A stretch of 56,682 nt of DNA. Source: Actinomycetes bacterium. GTDB taxonomy: Bacteria; Actinomycetota; Acidimicrobiia; IMCC26256; PALSA-610. The stretch spans positions 1 to 56,682 of the forward strand of contig JAODBI010000049.1 of NCBI GenBank assembly GCA_025463875.1. Direction: 5' to 3'. Under the pieces are notes generated by a model. It did no database searches. It had not been told where the DNA came from and saw only the letters and a program-made list of their open reading frames with translations. A program made the translations under genes and the position numbers. Numbering within the stretch: the stretch's first letter is position 1; each line of letters begins with the position of its first letter. Shown here in pieces: positions 1-13,620 of this stretch.

Positions 1-1205
1 GACGCGATCCGGTCGCCCCGCGCGCGATTGCCGACGTGATCGTGGTTCTGGTCGAAGACCACGAAGCGCTTGCCCGGCAGGCCCGCGGCGCTACGTCCGT
101 GGTGGAGATCGCGGAACACCGAATAGCGGTGCGCGTACACGAACGCCTCGCGGTAGCTGACGGCAAGATCGGACACGGTTCCGAAGTCGGCGTAATAGGT
201 GTCGTGCTCGCCCGTGAGCACCGCGTGGAGCGCGTGGTGGAAGTCGTCGTTCCACTGGGCGTCGAAACCTATGCCCCCTTCCGCCTTTCCGGTGATGAGC
301 CGGGAGTCGTTCGCGGCGCTCTCCGCGATGACGAAGGCCGGCCGCGCGCCGGTCTGGGCGAAGTCGTGCACCGAGTCGGTCAGCTGCTCGACGAAGGGAT
401 ACGCGCTCGGATCCGCGATCGCATGGACCGCGTCCAGGCGCAACGCGTCGATGTGGAAATCGTCGCACCATTGGATCGCGTTGTCGACGAAGTACCGGCG
501 GACGGCATCGCTCCCCGGACCGTCGAAGTTCAGCGCGGCACCCCAGGGCGTGCGGTAGCGCTCGGTGAAGTAGGGGCCGTAGTCCGGAAGCACGTTGCCT
601 TCCGGGCCGAGATGGTTGTAGACGACGTCGAGGACGACCGCGAGCCCGCGGCCGTGCGCGGCGTCGACGAGTCGCCGGAGCCCGTCCGCGCCGCCGTAGC
701 TCGACTGGGCGGCGTACGGGAACACGCCGTCGTAGCCCCAGTTGCGCGTACCCGGGAACTCGGCGACGGGCATGAGCTCGATGGCGGTGACGCCCAGGTC
801 GGCGAGCGCATCGAGGCGACCGATGGCGGCGTCGAATGTGCCTTCGTCGGTGAACGTGCCGATGTGCAGCTCATAGATCACGTATTCCTGTAGGCGCAGA
901 CCGCGCCACCCGTTGTCGGACCAGCCGAAGTCGGGATCGATCACCTCGGAGTCGCCGTGCACGCCCTCGGGTTGGGCACGCGACGCCGGATCGGGGCGCT
1001 CGCGATCGGAGTCGAGCGCGAATCGGTAGCGCGCACCGGGCCCGAGCCCGTCGACGAACACGGAGTGGTATCCCGACACACCGCGCACCATCTCGATGCG
1101 TTGCGCACGCGGTGCGGTGACGACGACGTCGACCCGTTGTCGAGCCGGCGCCCAGACAGTGAACTCGACGCCACCGTCGCGCGGCCAGGCGCCGAGGCGA
1201 GTCAT
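1..1205 (-). CDS. treZ: Malto-oligosyltrehalose trehalohydrolase (GH13), 3' end runs off the window
   Basis: Manual translation from ATG at 1205 (ATGA overlap with the glgB stop): MTRLGAWPRDGGVEFTVWAP...YELHIGTF...ELMPVAEFPGTRNWGYDGV...LDVVYNHLGPEGN...LRLDAVHAI. Missing from the ORF track because it has no stop in the window. Confidence 0.93.
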   Translation of the reverse strand, partial: MTRLGAWPRDGGVEFTVWAPARQRVDVVVTAPRAQRIEMVRGVSGYHSVFVDGLGPGARYRFALDSDRERPDPASRAQPEGVHGDSEVIDPDFGWSDNGWRGLRLQEYVIYELHIGTFTDEGTFDAAIGRLDALADLGVTAIELMPVAEFPGTRNWGYDGVFPYAAQSSYGGADGLRRLVDAAHGRGLAVVLDVVYNHLGPEGNVLPDYGPYFTERYRTPWGAALNFDGPGSDAVRRYFVDNAIQWCDDFHIDALRLDAVHAIADPSAYPFVEQLTDSVHDFAQTGARPAFVIAESAANDSRLITGKAEGGIGFDAQWNDDFHHALHAVLTGEHDTYYADFGTVSDLAVSYREAFVYAHRYSVFRDLHHGRSAAGLPGKRFVVFDQNHDHVGNRARGDRIA

Positions 1206-3082
1206 CCCGGATCCGTTTCGGGCGCGAGCAGTACGACGCCGAGGGGTGGGAGCGTCAAGGTGAGTGACCACCAGTAGTCGTGCACGGGGGCGGGCTGCGC
1301 TTCGACACCGCCGAGGTTGCCCACTCCCGAACCGTCGTAGATCTCGGCGTCGCTGTTCAACACCTCGCGCCAGAACCCACCGCGCGGAACCGGTATGCGC
1401 GCGTCGCGCCGGATCACCGGGGTGAAGTTGGCGACGAACAACAACGGTGAGCCGTCGCGCGCGTAGCGCAGGAACGCGAGCGTGCTGTTGGCGCTGTCGT
1501 CGGCGACCGACCAGCCGAATCCGGCGGGATCGGAATCGAGCTCGTACAGCGCCGGGTGCTCGCGCAGGACGCGGTTGAGGTCGGTGACCCAGCGCCGCAC
1601 GCCGCGGTGCGCGGGAAGGTCTTCGAGATGCCAGTCGACCTGTCCGTCGTGGTTCCATTCACCCCACTGCGCGAGCTCGCCGCCCATGAACAGGAGGTTC
1701 TTGCCGGGTAACGCCCACTGGTACCCGTACAGCAGCCGCAGGTTCGCGAGTTGCTGCCACGCGTCGCCGGGCATCTTCGCCGCCAGCGAACCCTTTCCGT
1801 GTACGACCTCGTCGTGCGACAGCGGCAATACGTAATTTTCAGTCCACGCGTACACGGCCCGAAACGTCAGCTCGTCGTGATGGAAGCTCCGATGGATGGG
1901 GTCGAGCTTGAAGTACTCGAGCGTGTCGTGCATCCAACCCATGTCCCATTTGCCACCGAATCCCAGGCCGTCCGCGTAGGTCGGCCGCGACACGCCGGGC
2001 CACGCGGTCGACTCCTCGGCATACGTTTGCACGTCGGGGAAAGAGCGGTACACCTCCTCGTTCATCTCGCGCAGGAACGACACCGCCGCAAGATTCTCCC
2101 GTCCGCCGAACTCGTTCGGGATCCACTCGCCGGCCTTGCGTGAGTAGTCGAGATAGAGCATCGACGCGACCGCGTCGACTCGCAGCGCGTCGGCGTGGTA
2201 CCGGTCGAGCCAGAAGCACGCGCTGCTGATGAGGAAGGAGCGCACCTCGTGGCGGTTGTAGTTGAAGACGAGGGTGTCCCAATCGGGATGCAGCCCCTGA
2301 CGTGGATCGGCGTGCTCGTAGAGATGGGTGCCGTCGAAGCGCGCCAGTGCGAACTCGTCGGAGGGGAAATGCGAGGGCACCCAGTCGAGCACCACGCCGA
2401 TGTCGTGCTGGTGCAACACGTCGACGAACTCCATGAAGTCGGTCGGCGGCCCGAACCGCGCGGTCGGAGCGAAGTACGACGTGGTCTGGTACCCCCACGA
2501 GCCGAAGAACGGGTGCTCCATGATGGGCAACAGCTCGACGTGGGTGAACCGGTTCTCCTGCGCGTACCGCGCCAGGCGATGCGCGGCCTCGCGGTACGGG
2601 AGTGTGAAGCCGTCGTCGCCGCGCCGCCACGAACCAAGATGGACCTCGTAGATGGACACGGGCGAATCGATCCCCTGCTTCGCACCTCGACCTTGCATCC
2701 ACGCCGCGTCGTGCCATTCGTGGGTGAGATCGGCGACGACCGAGGCGGTACCGCCCGATTGCTCGGTGGCGAACGCGAACGGGTCGGCTTTCTGGATGCC
2801 GTAGCCCGGCGCGGTAACGATGTGGAACTTGTAGCGGTCGCCCGGTTGCCACGGCCCGAACGCGCCCGACCACACGCCACTCGAGCTGACCGGCGTAAGG
2901 GACTGCGCGCCCGGCTGCCAGCCGTTCCGGTCGCCGACGACGGACACGGAGCGCGCGTTGGGCGCCCACACCGCGAACTCGAACCGGTCGCCCGAGAGCC
3001 GGTGGGCGCCCAGTCGTTCGTAGAGCCGGTAGTGGCGGCCCTCGTTGAACAGATGCAGATCGTCGGCCGTCAGCAGCGTCAT
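1202..3082 (-). CDS. glgB: 1,4-alpha-glucan branching enzyme (short form, ~626 aa)
   Basis: Motifs YEVHLGSW, ELLPIMEHPF.GSWGYQ, DWVPSHFP, LRVDAVASMLYLDYSR, AEEST, LPLSHDEVVHGKGSL. Start ATG 3082 overlaps the malQ stop. Confidence 0.96.
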   Translation of the reverse strand: MTLLTADDLHLFNEGRHYRLYERLGAHRLSGDRFEFAVWAPNARSVSVVGDRNGWQPGAQSLTPVSSSGVWSGAFGPWQPGDRYKFHIVTAPGYGIQKADPFAFATEQSGGTASVVADLTHEWHDAAWMQGRGAKQGIDSPVSIYEVHLGSWRRGDDGFTLPYREAAHRLARYAQENRFTHVELLPIMEHPFFGSWGYQTTSYFAPTARFGPPTDFMEFVDVLHQHDIGVVLDWVPSHFPSDEFALARFDGTHLYEHADPRQGLHPDWDTLVFNYNRHEVRSFLISSACFWLDRYHADALRVDAVASMLYLDYSRKAGEWIPNEFGGRENLAAVSFLREMNEEVYRSFPDVQTYAEESTAWPGVSRPTYADGLGFGGKWDMGWMHDTLEYFKLDPIHRSFHHDELTFRAVYAWTENYVLPLSHDEVVHGKGSLAAKMPGDAWQQLANLRLLYGYQWALPGKNLLFMGGELAQWGEWNHDGQVDWHLEDLPAHRGVRRWVTDLNRVLREHPALYELDSDPAGFGWSVADDSANSTLAFLRYARDGSPLLFVANFTPVIRRDARIPVPRGGFWREVLNSDAEIYDGSGVGNLGGVEAQPAPVHDYWWSLTLTLPPLGVVLLAPETDPG

Positions 3083-5082
3083 ACCCCTTTCCTTCGCGCC
3101 CGCTTGAGTGTCCTCCGCGCCCGGTCGAGCGCATCGAGCGTGTTCTTCACCGAGGCGACGTCGTCGAGCTCTTCGAGCCCGTAGGCGGCCCGACGGCGGA
3201 ACGTCGCATTCGGGTCGGGCGTGCCGGGGATGTTCTGCGGTTCGGGCTCGAGCCAGAGGTCTTCGAGTGACACCAGGACTATCGGCGCCCGGCTCGCGCC
3301 GAGCCAGGCCATCGTGGCCGCGAGCACCGCCTCGGGTTCGGGCTCCTTCCCGGCACCGAGCCCATCGGTACCCAGGTGGCCGGACTCGCGGAGCGCCGCG
3401 AGGAGTGCGCGCCGCGGGATCGGATCGAGGTCGCGCCACCAGGTTGCGAACGTCGCGAGGTCGTGCGTGTCGAGACACGCGAGCGCTCCCCGGCCGGGCG
3501 GCTTGACGACCCGGTCGGGTTCGTCGGGCAGCTCGAACTCGACGACCCACATCCCGAGCGCCCGGTGGCGGCGAATCGCCCGGTCGGTCGCGGGCGGGAC
3601 AGTTCCGAGATTCTCGCCGACGATCGAAGCGCGATGACGATGCGCGGCGAGGCACACGGTCGCCCAATGCTCGTCGGCCCTGTAGTGCACGTACGCGCCG
3701 TCGGACGCCGACGCACCGGGCGGGATCATCCACAAGCGGTCCAGACCCATGACGTGATCGATCCGCAACCGGCGGGCGTACTGCAACTGCTCGTCGAGGC
3801 ACGCGGCGAGGTACGCGTAGCCGTCGGCGCGTTCGGCGACGGGATCGATCGGGGGAAAGCCCCAGTCCTGACCGGCGGCCTGGAAGTCGTCGGGCGGTGC
3901 ACCCACCGACGCGCCCGTCACGAACAGGTCCGGATGGGCGGCCACGTCGTAGCCGTCGCGATGGGCTCCCACCGGCAGATCGACGTAGAGCGTCTGGCCG
4001 CGTTCGCCGAGCGTGCGCGCCAGGTCCGCGAGCTGGTTCGCCATCATCCACTGCGCGTACTCGTGCACGGCGACGCCGCTCGGACCGCTGCCCTCGAGCG
4101 CGGCCCGGAACTCGGCGTAGGCACGCGCGTCGGGATGCGCGTCGAGCCACACCGCCAGCTCCCCGCGGCGCGCCGGAACATCACCGACGCGCGCGGCCGC
4201 CGCTTCGAGCACCGGACGGCGCGCCGCGGCGAGCTCGGGTAGGTCGACGCACGGGCCGGGCGCGGGTTCGACGAATCGCGGGCCGCCGTCGACGCGAACC
4301 TCGGGCACCGCGCCGAGATCGAGGTACAGCTCGTTCCAGTATCTGCGGCTCACCGGCGCATACGGGCTCGGGTCGCACGGCTCGTCGCCGTGGCCGAGGA
4401 AGGTGGCGAGGATCGGCAACGTCCCGACGACCTCGCCGCCGCGATCGGCGACCCAACGCGCGAGGCGACCGAGCGTCCCGAGATCGCCGGTCTCCGAGCG
4501 GCCCCGGGCGTGCAGGGCGTACACAGGCGCGAACACGCCCCACGCGTGGGCACCACCCACGGGCGCGAGGCGCGTCGGTGCCGCGATGAGCGTCGCCGCC
4601 GCGCGCGCGGTGCCGGCCTCGAAGCGAATCCGGTGCCGGCCGGGTTCGACCGGTGCCCCCAAGGTGATCTCGACGGCGACGACGTCGTCGCCGCCCTCGG
4701 TGGCCCGCACGTGTAATTCGCGTCGGGTCCAGCGCGATTCGTAGCCCGATTGGTGTTCGACGACCAAGGTGAACGGCGCGTCGGCCGCCGCAACCGGAAG
4801 GCGCGCCCGGAGCCGCGGCCGCGCGTCGTCCCACGCGACCACCACCGGGTCGAGCATCGACGCCCGTTCCACCCGTCGCTGCTCGGCTCGCGCGGCAGCC
4901 GCGTCCTCGGGCCGCAGGATGTCGACGCCGAGCATCTGCAGCACCGCCATCAAGGTTTCGTCGGAGCACGTCTGCGTCTCGCCGTCCTGGTCGCGCCACC
5001 GGACCTCGATGCCCTTGGCCCGAGCCAGGGCGTGCAGCTGACGGCGCGAGCGGGAGGCGGACCGCGCCGGCGTCGCGCTCAC
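3079..5082 (-). CDS. malQ: 4-alpha-glucanotransferase (amylomaltase, GH77)
   Basis: Motifs SPYAPVSR, DLPVG, GAPPDDF...GQDWGFPP, LRIDHVMG, GENLG, DTHD, QNIPGT. GTG start overlaps the treS stop. Confidence 0.92.
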   Translation of the reverse strand: MSATPARSASRSRRQLHALARAKGIEVRWRDQDGETQTCSDETLMAVLQMLGVDILRPEDAAAARAEQRRVERASMLDPVVVAWDDARPRLRARLPVAAADAPFTLVVEHQSGYESRWTRRELHVRATEGGDDVVAVEITLGAPVEPGRHRIRFEAGTARAAATLIAAPTRLAPVGGAHAWGVFAPVYALHARGRSETGDLGTLGRLARWVADRGGEVVGTLPILATFLGHGDEPCDPSPYAPVSRRYWNELYLDLGAVPEVRVDGGPRFVEPAPGPCVDLPELAAARRPVLEAAAARVGDVPARRGELAVWLDAHPDARAYAEFRAALEGSGPSGVAVHEYAQWMMANQLADLARTLGERGQTLYVDLPVGAHRDGYDVAAHPDLFVTGASVGAPPDDFQAAGQDWGFPPIDPVAERADGYAYLAACLDEQLQYARRLRIDHVMGLDRLWMIPPGASASDGAYVHYRADEHWATVCLAAHRHRASIVGENLGTVPPATDRAIRRHRALGMWVVEFELPDEPDRVVKPPGRGALACLDTHDLATFATWWRDLDPIPRRALLAALRESGHLGTDGLGAGKEPEPEAVLAATMAWLGASRAPIVLVSLEDLWLEPEPQNIPGTPDPNATFRRRAAYGLEELDDVASVKNTLDALDRARRTLKRARRKGV

Positions 5083-8000
5083 ACCGATTCCTCCACGCGC
5101 GAGCTCTGCAGCAGCCGCCGCAGCCCGGCGATCGGGATGCCGACCCAGTCGGGCCGGTGGTCGAGCTCGTAGCGGATCTCGTACAACGCCTTCTCGATGA
5201 GGTGGGCGTCGAGCTGGATCCGCCGGGCGTGGAGACCCGTCGGTACGAGATCGGTATCGCCGATCACCTCGAAGTACCCGCGCAGGAACGAGACGGTGAC
5301 CCAGGTGACCCATTCCTCGCTCCGGTCCGCGAGTAGCTCCTGCGCGCGTTCCTCGCTCCGGACCTGTCCGCGGGCGACGGCGTCGGGGATCGACGTACGC
5401 GCCGCGTAGTCGAACGACCGCAGCATCCCCGCGACGTCGCGCAACGGCGAACGTTTGATCCGCCGCTGGCTGATCGGCAGCGCGGGCTCGCCCTCGAAGT
5501 CGATGAAGACGAAGTCGCGTCCCGTCGAGAGCACCTGGCCGAGGTGGAGGTCGCCGTGCACCCGGATGCGCGACCCTCCCAGCGCGCCGAGCATCGCCCG
5601 CAGCCGATCGAGGAGCGCGTCGGTGTGGTCGAGGACGAACCTCGCCTCGTCCCCGCACGCGTCCGGAAGCCGGCGCTGTGCGCGCTCGAGGGTGCGCAAC
5701 GTTCGCACCGCCGTGTTCCGCATCGACTGGTACGTGGAGCGTTGCACCAAGAGGTTGAGCGGTTCGGGAGTGAAGGCGCCGTCGGGAACCGACGCCAACG
5801 CGACGTGCAGATCACCGGTGCGACGGCCGAGGAGCTCCACCGACGGCAGGATGTCGCCCGCGAGGAGCTCGAAGTCGACGGGCGGCTCGGAGTCGAGCAG
5901 CTCGAGCGGATGACGGTTCGGTGTGTTCTCCTTGACGATACCCGCGTCGAGATGGCTGAGGACGCCGTCGAAGTAGCGGCCGAGAGCGTCGCGGTACCAG
6001 GAGTACGCGTCGCTCTCGTTCTTGACGTACTCGTGGAGGACCGCGACCGTCGCGGTCGTGCCGTCGACCATGCGGTACTCCATCGAGCCGAGCAACGGCG
6101 GAGCATGCTCGAATTGCAAACGGGTGAGCGCGCGCCCGAGCTCGACTTCGGGACTGATTCCCGACTCGAGCCGCCGGACGGTCTTGAGGATCAGGCGGTC
6201 GTCGAACTGCAGCGACGTGTTCGACTGCTCGCCGCCGAGCACCGAGACGGGCATCTCGTCGAGGCCGGCAACCCGGGTGAGCTCGGGCCCGAACGACACG
6301 CCGACGAGAGTGCCGAGCTCGCCGCGCGCCCGGCGCCGCCGCTGCATGAAGCGCGCGAGGCCGCGCCCGTAGCCGGGCAGCCAGTGCGCGTCCATCACCA
6401 CGCCGAGCGGACCCGATGCCGAGTCGACCCTGAACAACACGCCTGCTTGGTTCTCGTCGTATATGCGGATCCCGGCGCTACCGGGCACGAACGCGAGTGG
6501 CAGCGCGTACGTCTCGGGTTCGCCGTCGGCGTACTCGACCCGGACGAACGCGACGCGCGCCGGCTCGGCCGGAGGCATGTCCTCGTCATCCGACCAGTAG
6601 TGCGGCATTGGCACGGCGATCGAGTCGACGACACGCGCACTGGTGATCTTGCGGCCCTTCGACCCGAACCAGCGCTTGGTCGACAGGAGCTGCGGCAGCT
6701 TGCGGTCGAGCGGTGAACGCTTGGCGAGCGAGAGCAGCTCCGTCCAGGCGCTCGTGACCGTCACGGGCGGGACCGCGGGCGCGGCCGCGTCCGCGACCTC
6801 AGCCGGTTCGAGCGCGAGCCAGTAGAACGCGTGCGGTCCGAGCGTCAGGAGATACGGCAGATCCCCGATCGCGGGGAACGAGGTCTGGCCGAACAGCTCG
6901 ACCGGGTGTGCGCCGCGGAACTCGTGCAGGTCGAGCTCGACGTACTGCGCGTACCGAGACAGGTTGGCGACCACCAGGACCTGACGGCCCTCGTGCCGGC
7001 GCAGGAACGCGAGCACGCGGTGGTTGTCCGGACTCAGGAGCTCGATCGTGCCGTGCGCGAACACGGGATTGCGCCGGCGTAGGGCGATGAGCCGCCGAAC
7101 CCACCACAGCAACGAATCGGGGTTGTCGAGCTGCGCGGCGACGTTCACGCTCTCGTAGCTGTACTCCGGATCGATGATCGTGGGGAGATAGAGGCGCTGC
7201 GGGTTCGCCTCGGAGAATCCCGCGTTGCGATCGGCACTCCACTGCATCGGAGTGCGCACCGAATCGCGATCGCCGAGGTAGACGTTGTCGCCCATCCCGA
7301 TCTCGTCGCCGTAGTAGAGGACCGGCGTCCCCGGCAGCGAGCACAGCAGCGCGTACATCAGCTCGATCTTGTGCCGATGGTTCTGCAGCAGCGGTGCGAG
7401 CCGCCTCCGGATGCCCAGGTTGATGCGCGCGACCGGATTGTGCGCGTAGCGCTGTACATGTAGTCGCGCTCTTCGTCGGTGACCATCTCGAGCGTGAGCT
7501 CGTCGTGGTTGCGCAAGAACACGGCCCACTGGCAGCCGTCGGGCGGCGTCGGCGTCTGGCGGAGGATGTCGACGATCGGGAACCGGTCCTCCATCCGCAG
7601 CCCCATGAACAGCCGCGGCATCAACGGGAAATGGAACGCCATCTGGCACTCGTCGCCGTCGCCGAAGTACTCGGCCGCGTCCTCGGGCCACTGGTTCGCC
7701 TCGGCGAGGAGCATGCGGTCGGGGAAGCGGGCGTCGATCGAACGCCGCACCTGCTTCAAGAAATCGTGCGTCTCGGGAAGGTTTTCGCAGCTCGTTCCCT
7801 CGCGCTCGAACAAGTAGGGCACGGCGTCGAGGCGTAGCCCGTCGACTCCCATCTCGAGCCAGTACTCGACCGTGCGCAACATCTCGCGGCGAACCTCGGG
7901 ATTGTCGAAGTTCAGGTCGGGTTGATGCGAGTAGAACCGATGCCAGTAGTACTGGCCCGCGACGTCGTCCCACGCCCAGTTGGAACGCTCGAAGTCGCGG

Positions 8001-8527
8001 AAGATGATGCGCGCGTCGCGGTAGCGCGACGGTTCGTCGCCCCACACGTACCAGTTGCGCCACCTGCTGCCGCGCGGCGCGCTCCGCGCCCGCTGGAACC
8101 ACGGGTGCTGGTCGGATGTGTGGTTGAGGACCAGCTCCGTGATCACGCGCAGATCGCGGCGGTGAGCCTCGACGAGGAACTGGCGGAACTGCCGGAGGTT
8201 TCCGTACGCCGGGTTGATCCCCCGGTAGTCGGAGATGTCGTAACCCTCGTCGCGCAGGGGCGACGGGTAGAACGGCAGCAGCCAGATCGCCGTGACGCCG
8301 AGGTCCTGTAGGTAGTCGAGCTTGCGGGTCAGGCCGCGCAGGTCGCCGATGCCGTCGCCGTCACTGTCGGCGAAGGCGCGGACATGCAGCTCGTACACGA
8401 CGGCGTCGCGATACCACGTCGGATCGGGCGTGAGCACATGGCTCGGTCGCCGGGAACCATTGGGCGAACCGTTCGGCGAACCGTTGCCGCTGTCACTCCT
8501 GGTGTCGGCGTTTCCGTCCTTCGTCAC
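5079..8527 (-). pseudogene. treS: Trehalose synthase-maltokinase fusion (TreS-Mak/Pep2) split by a 1-nt frameshift near 7454 (real lesion or sequencing error)
   Basis: ORF 7358..8527 gives the TreS N-terminus to [22 protein letters not shown]. The frame ending at 5079 continues [23 protein letters not shown], then a maltokinase domain (EQSNTS, RVHGDLHLGQVL, IDFEGEP, RDVAGMLRSFDYA). One extra base makes the span 1150 codons. Confidence 0.9.
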
Positions 8528-10488
8528 CCCGACCCCGCGTTCACGCGCTCGACCGCAAAGACATGCGCAGGAACGGAAGCGGGATCGAGGCGTACGAAGT
8601 TGTGCGGACCACGCCAGTCGTACGACGCGCCGGTCAACAGATCACGAACGACGTAGTCGTCGTCCCAACCGACGCCCAGCCGGGAGAGGTCGAGCGACGT
8701 CCACCCCGACTGCACCGACTCCGGATCGAGATTCACGACGACCAGGACGTGATCGCTGCCCCAGCTCTTGCTCCAGCAGAGCAGTTGCCCGTTGTCGATG
8801 TCGTGGAACCTCAAGGAGTCGTTGCGCTGCAGGGCGGGATGCGCGCGCCGGATCTCGTTGAGCCGGGCGAGGAAGTGACGGAGGCTGTCGGGCCGGTCGT
8901 TGTCCCAGTGCCGGATCTGGTACTTCTCGGAGTCGAGGTACTCCTCGGAACCGGGCTCGCGCGCCGCGCGTTCCTGCAGCTCGAACACCGGACCGTAGAT
9001 CCCGTAGTGCGCCGACAACCCGGCTGCGAGTACCGCCCGCGCGATGAAGGTGCCCCGTGAACCGTGTTGCAAGGTCTCGTGCAGGATGTCGGGCGTGTTG
9101 GGCCACACGTTCGGACGGAAGTAGTCGGACAACGGCGGCGTCGTCAGCTCGGTGAAGTACTCGATGAGCTCGTGCTTCGTGTTGCGCCACGTGAAGTACG
9201 TGTACGACTCGGTGAAGCCGATCTTCGCGAGCTGCTCCATGACGCGCGGCCGGGTGAAGGCCTCGGCGAGGAACACGACGTCGGGTTGCTTGGCGCGCAC
9301 CTGCGCGATCAACCACTCCCAGAAGAGGAACGGCTTCGTGTGCGGATTGTCGACGCGAAACACCCGGACGCCGTGGTCGATCCAGAACCGCACGACGTCG
9401 AGCAGCGCCGACCACAGTCCGGCGCGGTCTTCGGAGTCGAAGTCGAACGGAACGATGTCCTCGTACTTCTTGGGCGGGTTCTCCGCGAAGGCGAGCGAGC
9501 CGTCGGGCCGGTGCCGGAACCAACGGGGATGCTCACGGATCCACGGATGGTCGGGCGACGCCTGAAACGCGAGATCCAGCGCAATCTCCACGCCGTAGCC
9601 GTTCGCGGCCGCGACCAGGCGGTCGAAATCGGCGAGCGTTCCGAGCCCAGGGTGGATCGCCGTATGTCCCCCGTCGGCGCCACCGATCGCCCACGGACTT
9701 CCCGGATCACCGGGTTGAGCCTGCGTCCGGTTGTTCGCACCCTTGCGGTGGGTGACACCGATCGGATGGATCGGAGGGAGGTACACGACGTCGAAGCCCA
9801 TCGCCGCGATCGTCTCGATGCGGTCGGCGACGTCGGCGAGCGTGCCGGACCGGCGCGCGTCGGGCGACGCGGAGCGGGGAAAGAGCTCGTACCAGGCCGA
9901 GCAACCGGCCAGCGGTCGATCGACCCAGATCGTGGAGGTCTGCTCGAAGACGTTGCCGTCGTCCGGGTCGAGCAGCGAACGGTCGTACGCGACGAGTTGT
10001 TCGAGGTCGGCGCGCGTCGCCTCGTCGAACTTCGTACGCAAGCGGTTCGCCCAGGTCAGCAGGAGCTTCCCGTCGTCGGGGCCGACGCGCTTGGCCGCGC
10101 CCTCCGCGAGCTGCGCCCCTTCCTCTCGCTCCAGGTCGACGTCCTGGCCGGCATCGAGCTTGGCGACGATGTCGCGTCGCCAGGTCGCGATCGGGTCACG
10201 CCACGCAACGACCCGGAAGCGGAACTCCCCGACGCGATCAACGGTGAACTCACCGCGCCACCGGTCGTTCCCGAGCGGCTCCATCCACACCGATTGCCAG
10301 CGGGTCTTCCCGCGTCCGTGCCGCCGGTAGTCGAGCCGCACCGCGATCTCGTCGTGCCCGTACGTGAAGGCATCGGCTTCGACGACGACCGGATCGCCGA
10401 CGACGCGCTTGACCGCGTAGCGACCACCATCGACGTCGGGGCTGACGCGATTGATCTCGACCTGTTCGGGACGATTGGGCACCCGCAA
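8524..10488 (-). CDS. glgE: Alpha-1,4-glucan:maltose-1-phosphate maltosyltransferase
   Basis: Motifs [65 protein letters not shown] start chosen 6 nt after GAGGAG; exact start uncertain. Confidence 0.95.
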   Translation of the reverse strand: MRVPNRPEQVEINRVSPDVDGGRYAVKRVVGDPVVVEADAFTYGHDEIAVRLDYRRHGRGKTRWQSVWMEPLGNDRWRGEFTVDRVGEFRFRVVAWRDPIATWRRDIVAKLDAGQDVDLEREEGAQLAEGAAKRVGPDDGKLLLTWANRLRTKFDEATRADLEQLVAYDRSLLDPDDGNVFEQTSTIWVDRPLAGCSAWYELFPRSASPDARRSGTLADVADRIETIAAMGFDVVYLPPIHPIGVTHRKGANNRTQAQPGDPGSPWAIGGADGGHTAIHPGLGTLADFDRLVAAANGYGVEIALDLAFQASPDHPWIREHPRWFRHRPDGSLAFAENPPKKYEDIVPFDFDSEDRAGLWSALLDVVRFWIDHGVRVFRVDNPHTKPFLFWEWLIAQVRAKQPDVVFLAEAFTRPRVMEQLAKIGFTESYTYFTWRNTKHELIEYFTELTTPPLSDYFRPNVWPNTPDILHETLQHGSRGTFIARAVLAAGLSAHYGIYGPVFELQERAAREPGSEEYLDSEKYQIRHWDNDRPDSLRHFLARLNEIRRAHPALQRNDSLRFHDIDNGQLLCWSKSWGSDHVLVVVNLDPESVQSGWTSLDLSRLGVGWDDDYVVRDLLTGASYDWRGPHNFVRLDPASVPAHVFAVERVNAGSG

Positions 10489-10760
10489 CACGAACTCCTC
10501 GATGACGCGAAACACATTCCGGCCGAGCGAGACGAGACCGGAACACCGGCACTGTCCTGCAGCGCCGACCCGCAAAGGCATCGCGGGGAATACCCACTCG
10601 TGTCCGGCACTACTCGGACGGCGTGACCCCACCAGTGTGCTACGGGATCATTGCGACGGAGTTACCACCAGGCGGCTCCGAGGTTGCGATCCGACCTCAC
10701 ACGCTCTTATCGGACGCCTGGGCGCCTGCTCCAGAAGGTCGGCGCTCCGGGTTGCAGTCG

Positions 10761-10785
10761 GTTCGGTGAGCCGGGGAACGGGTAG
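10761..10785 (+). promoter_or_regulatory. Putative SigF/SigB-type stress promoter upstream of glgX
   Basis: GTTC-N15-GGGTAG, close to the actinobacterial SigF consensus GTTT-N15-17-GGGTA. Confidence 0.55.
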
Positions 10786-10886
10786 ACCTGTGCTCATGCG
10801 CTCTGCCGGATCCTCCTTTCGCGCCGTGACGCGCGAAAGTGCCCGGAGCCGGTCACCCCGCAGGCGAACAACGGAGGGCGCAGGGC

Positions 10887-13025
<2,139 letters not shown>

Positions 13026-13138
13026 CCCTTCCCCGATCTCCCGGACCGATCTGCGAGTCCCCTGTCGGCTCCGTACCGGGAGCGCGTCCCAACCCGCGGG
13101 CCGGGGATCGGTTCGGCGACGGATCTTTACCTAGGCTA

Positions 13139-13157
13139 ATTAGTTGGGTAAACTAAT
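13139..13157. promoter_or_regulatory. Inverted repeat, probable MarR autoregulatory operator
   Basis: Perfect ATTAGTT-N5-AACTAAT in an AT-rich patch immediately before the MarR ATG (13162). Confidence 0.65.
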
Positions 13158-13161
13158 AGCG

Positions 13162-13620
13162 ATGCCCCCCACCGCCGTACCTCCGAACATCGAGCTCCCC
13201 GGAACCACCGAGATCGCCGCGCGCCTTCGCCTGAGCGCGACCCGGCTCGCGCGGAGGCTGCGCCAGGAGTCCGACGCGGCGCTGACACCCAGCCAGCTCT
13301 CGGCCCTCGCGAGCATCGAGCGGCACGGTCCGCTCACCCTGGGCGCGCTCGCCGACTGCGAGCGCGTGGCGCGGCCGAGTGTGACCAAGCTCGTCGCCAA
13401 GCTGGTGGCGGCGGGGCTCGTCGTACGTCGCCTCGACGAGCACGACGGACGCGTCGCCTGGGTGTCGCTCACACCCGCGGGCAAGACGCGCCTCGCCCAG
13501 ATCCGCCAACGGAAGACCGCATGGCTGGCGGCGCGACTCGCGCACTTCGACGACGAGCAGCGCCGCCGTATCGCCGACGCCCTCGACGTCCTCGACGCAC
13601 TCACGGTCGACACACCATGA
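13162..13620 (+). CDS. MarR-family transcriptional regulator
   Basis: LTPSQLSALASIERHGPLTLGALA...PSVTKLVAKL...DGRVAWVSLTPAG winged-helix pattern. Confidence 0.92.
   Translation: MPPTAVPPNIELPGTTEIAARLRLSATRLARRLRQESDAALTPSQLSALASIERHGPLTLGALADCERVARPSVTKLVAKLVAAGLVVRRLDEHDGRVAWVSLTPAGKTRLAQIRQRKTAWLAARLAHFDDEQRRRIADALDVLDALTVDTP

Noticed and set aside
8452-8487. 12-bp repeats encoding NGSP at the TreS N-terminus
   Set aside because: Ordinary low-complexity linker slippage.
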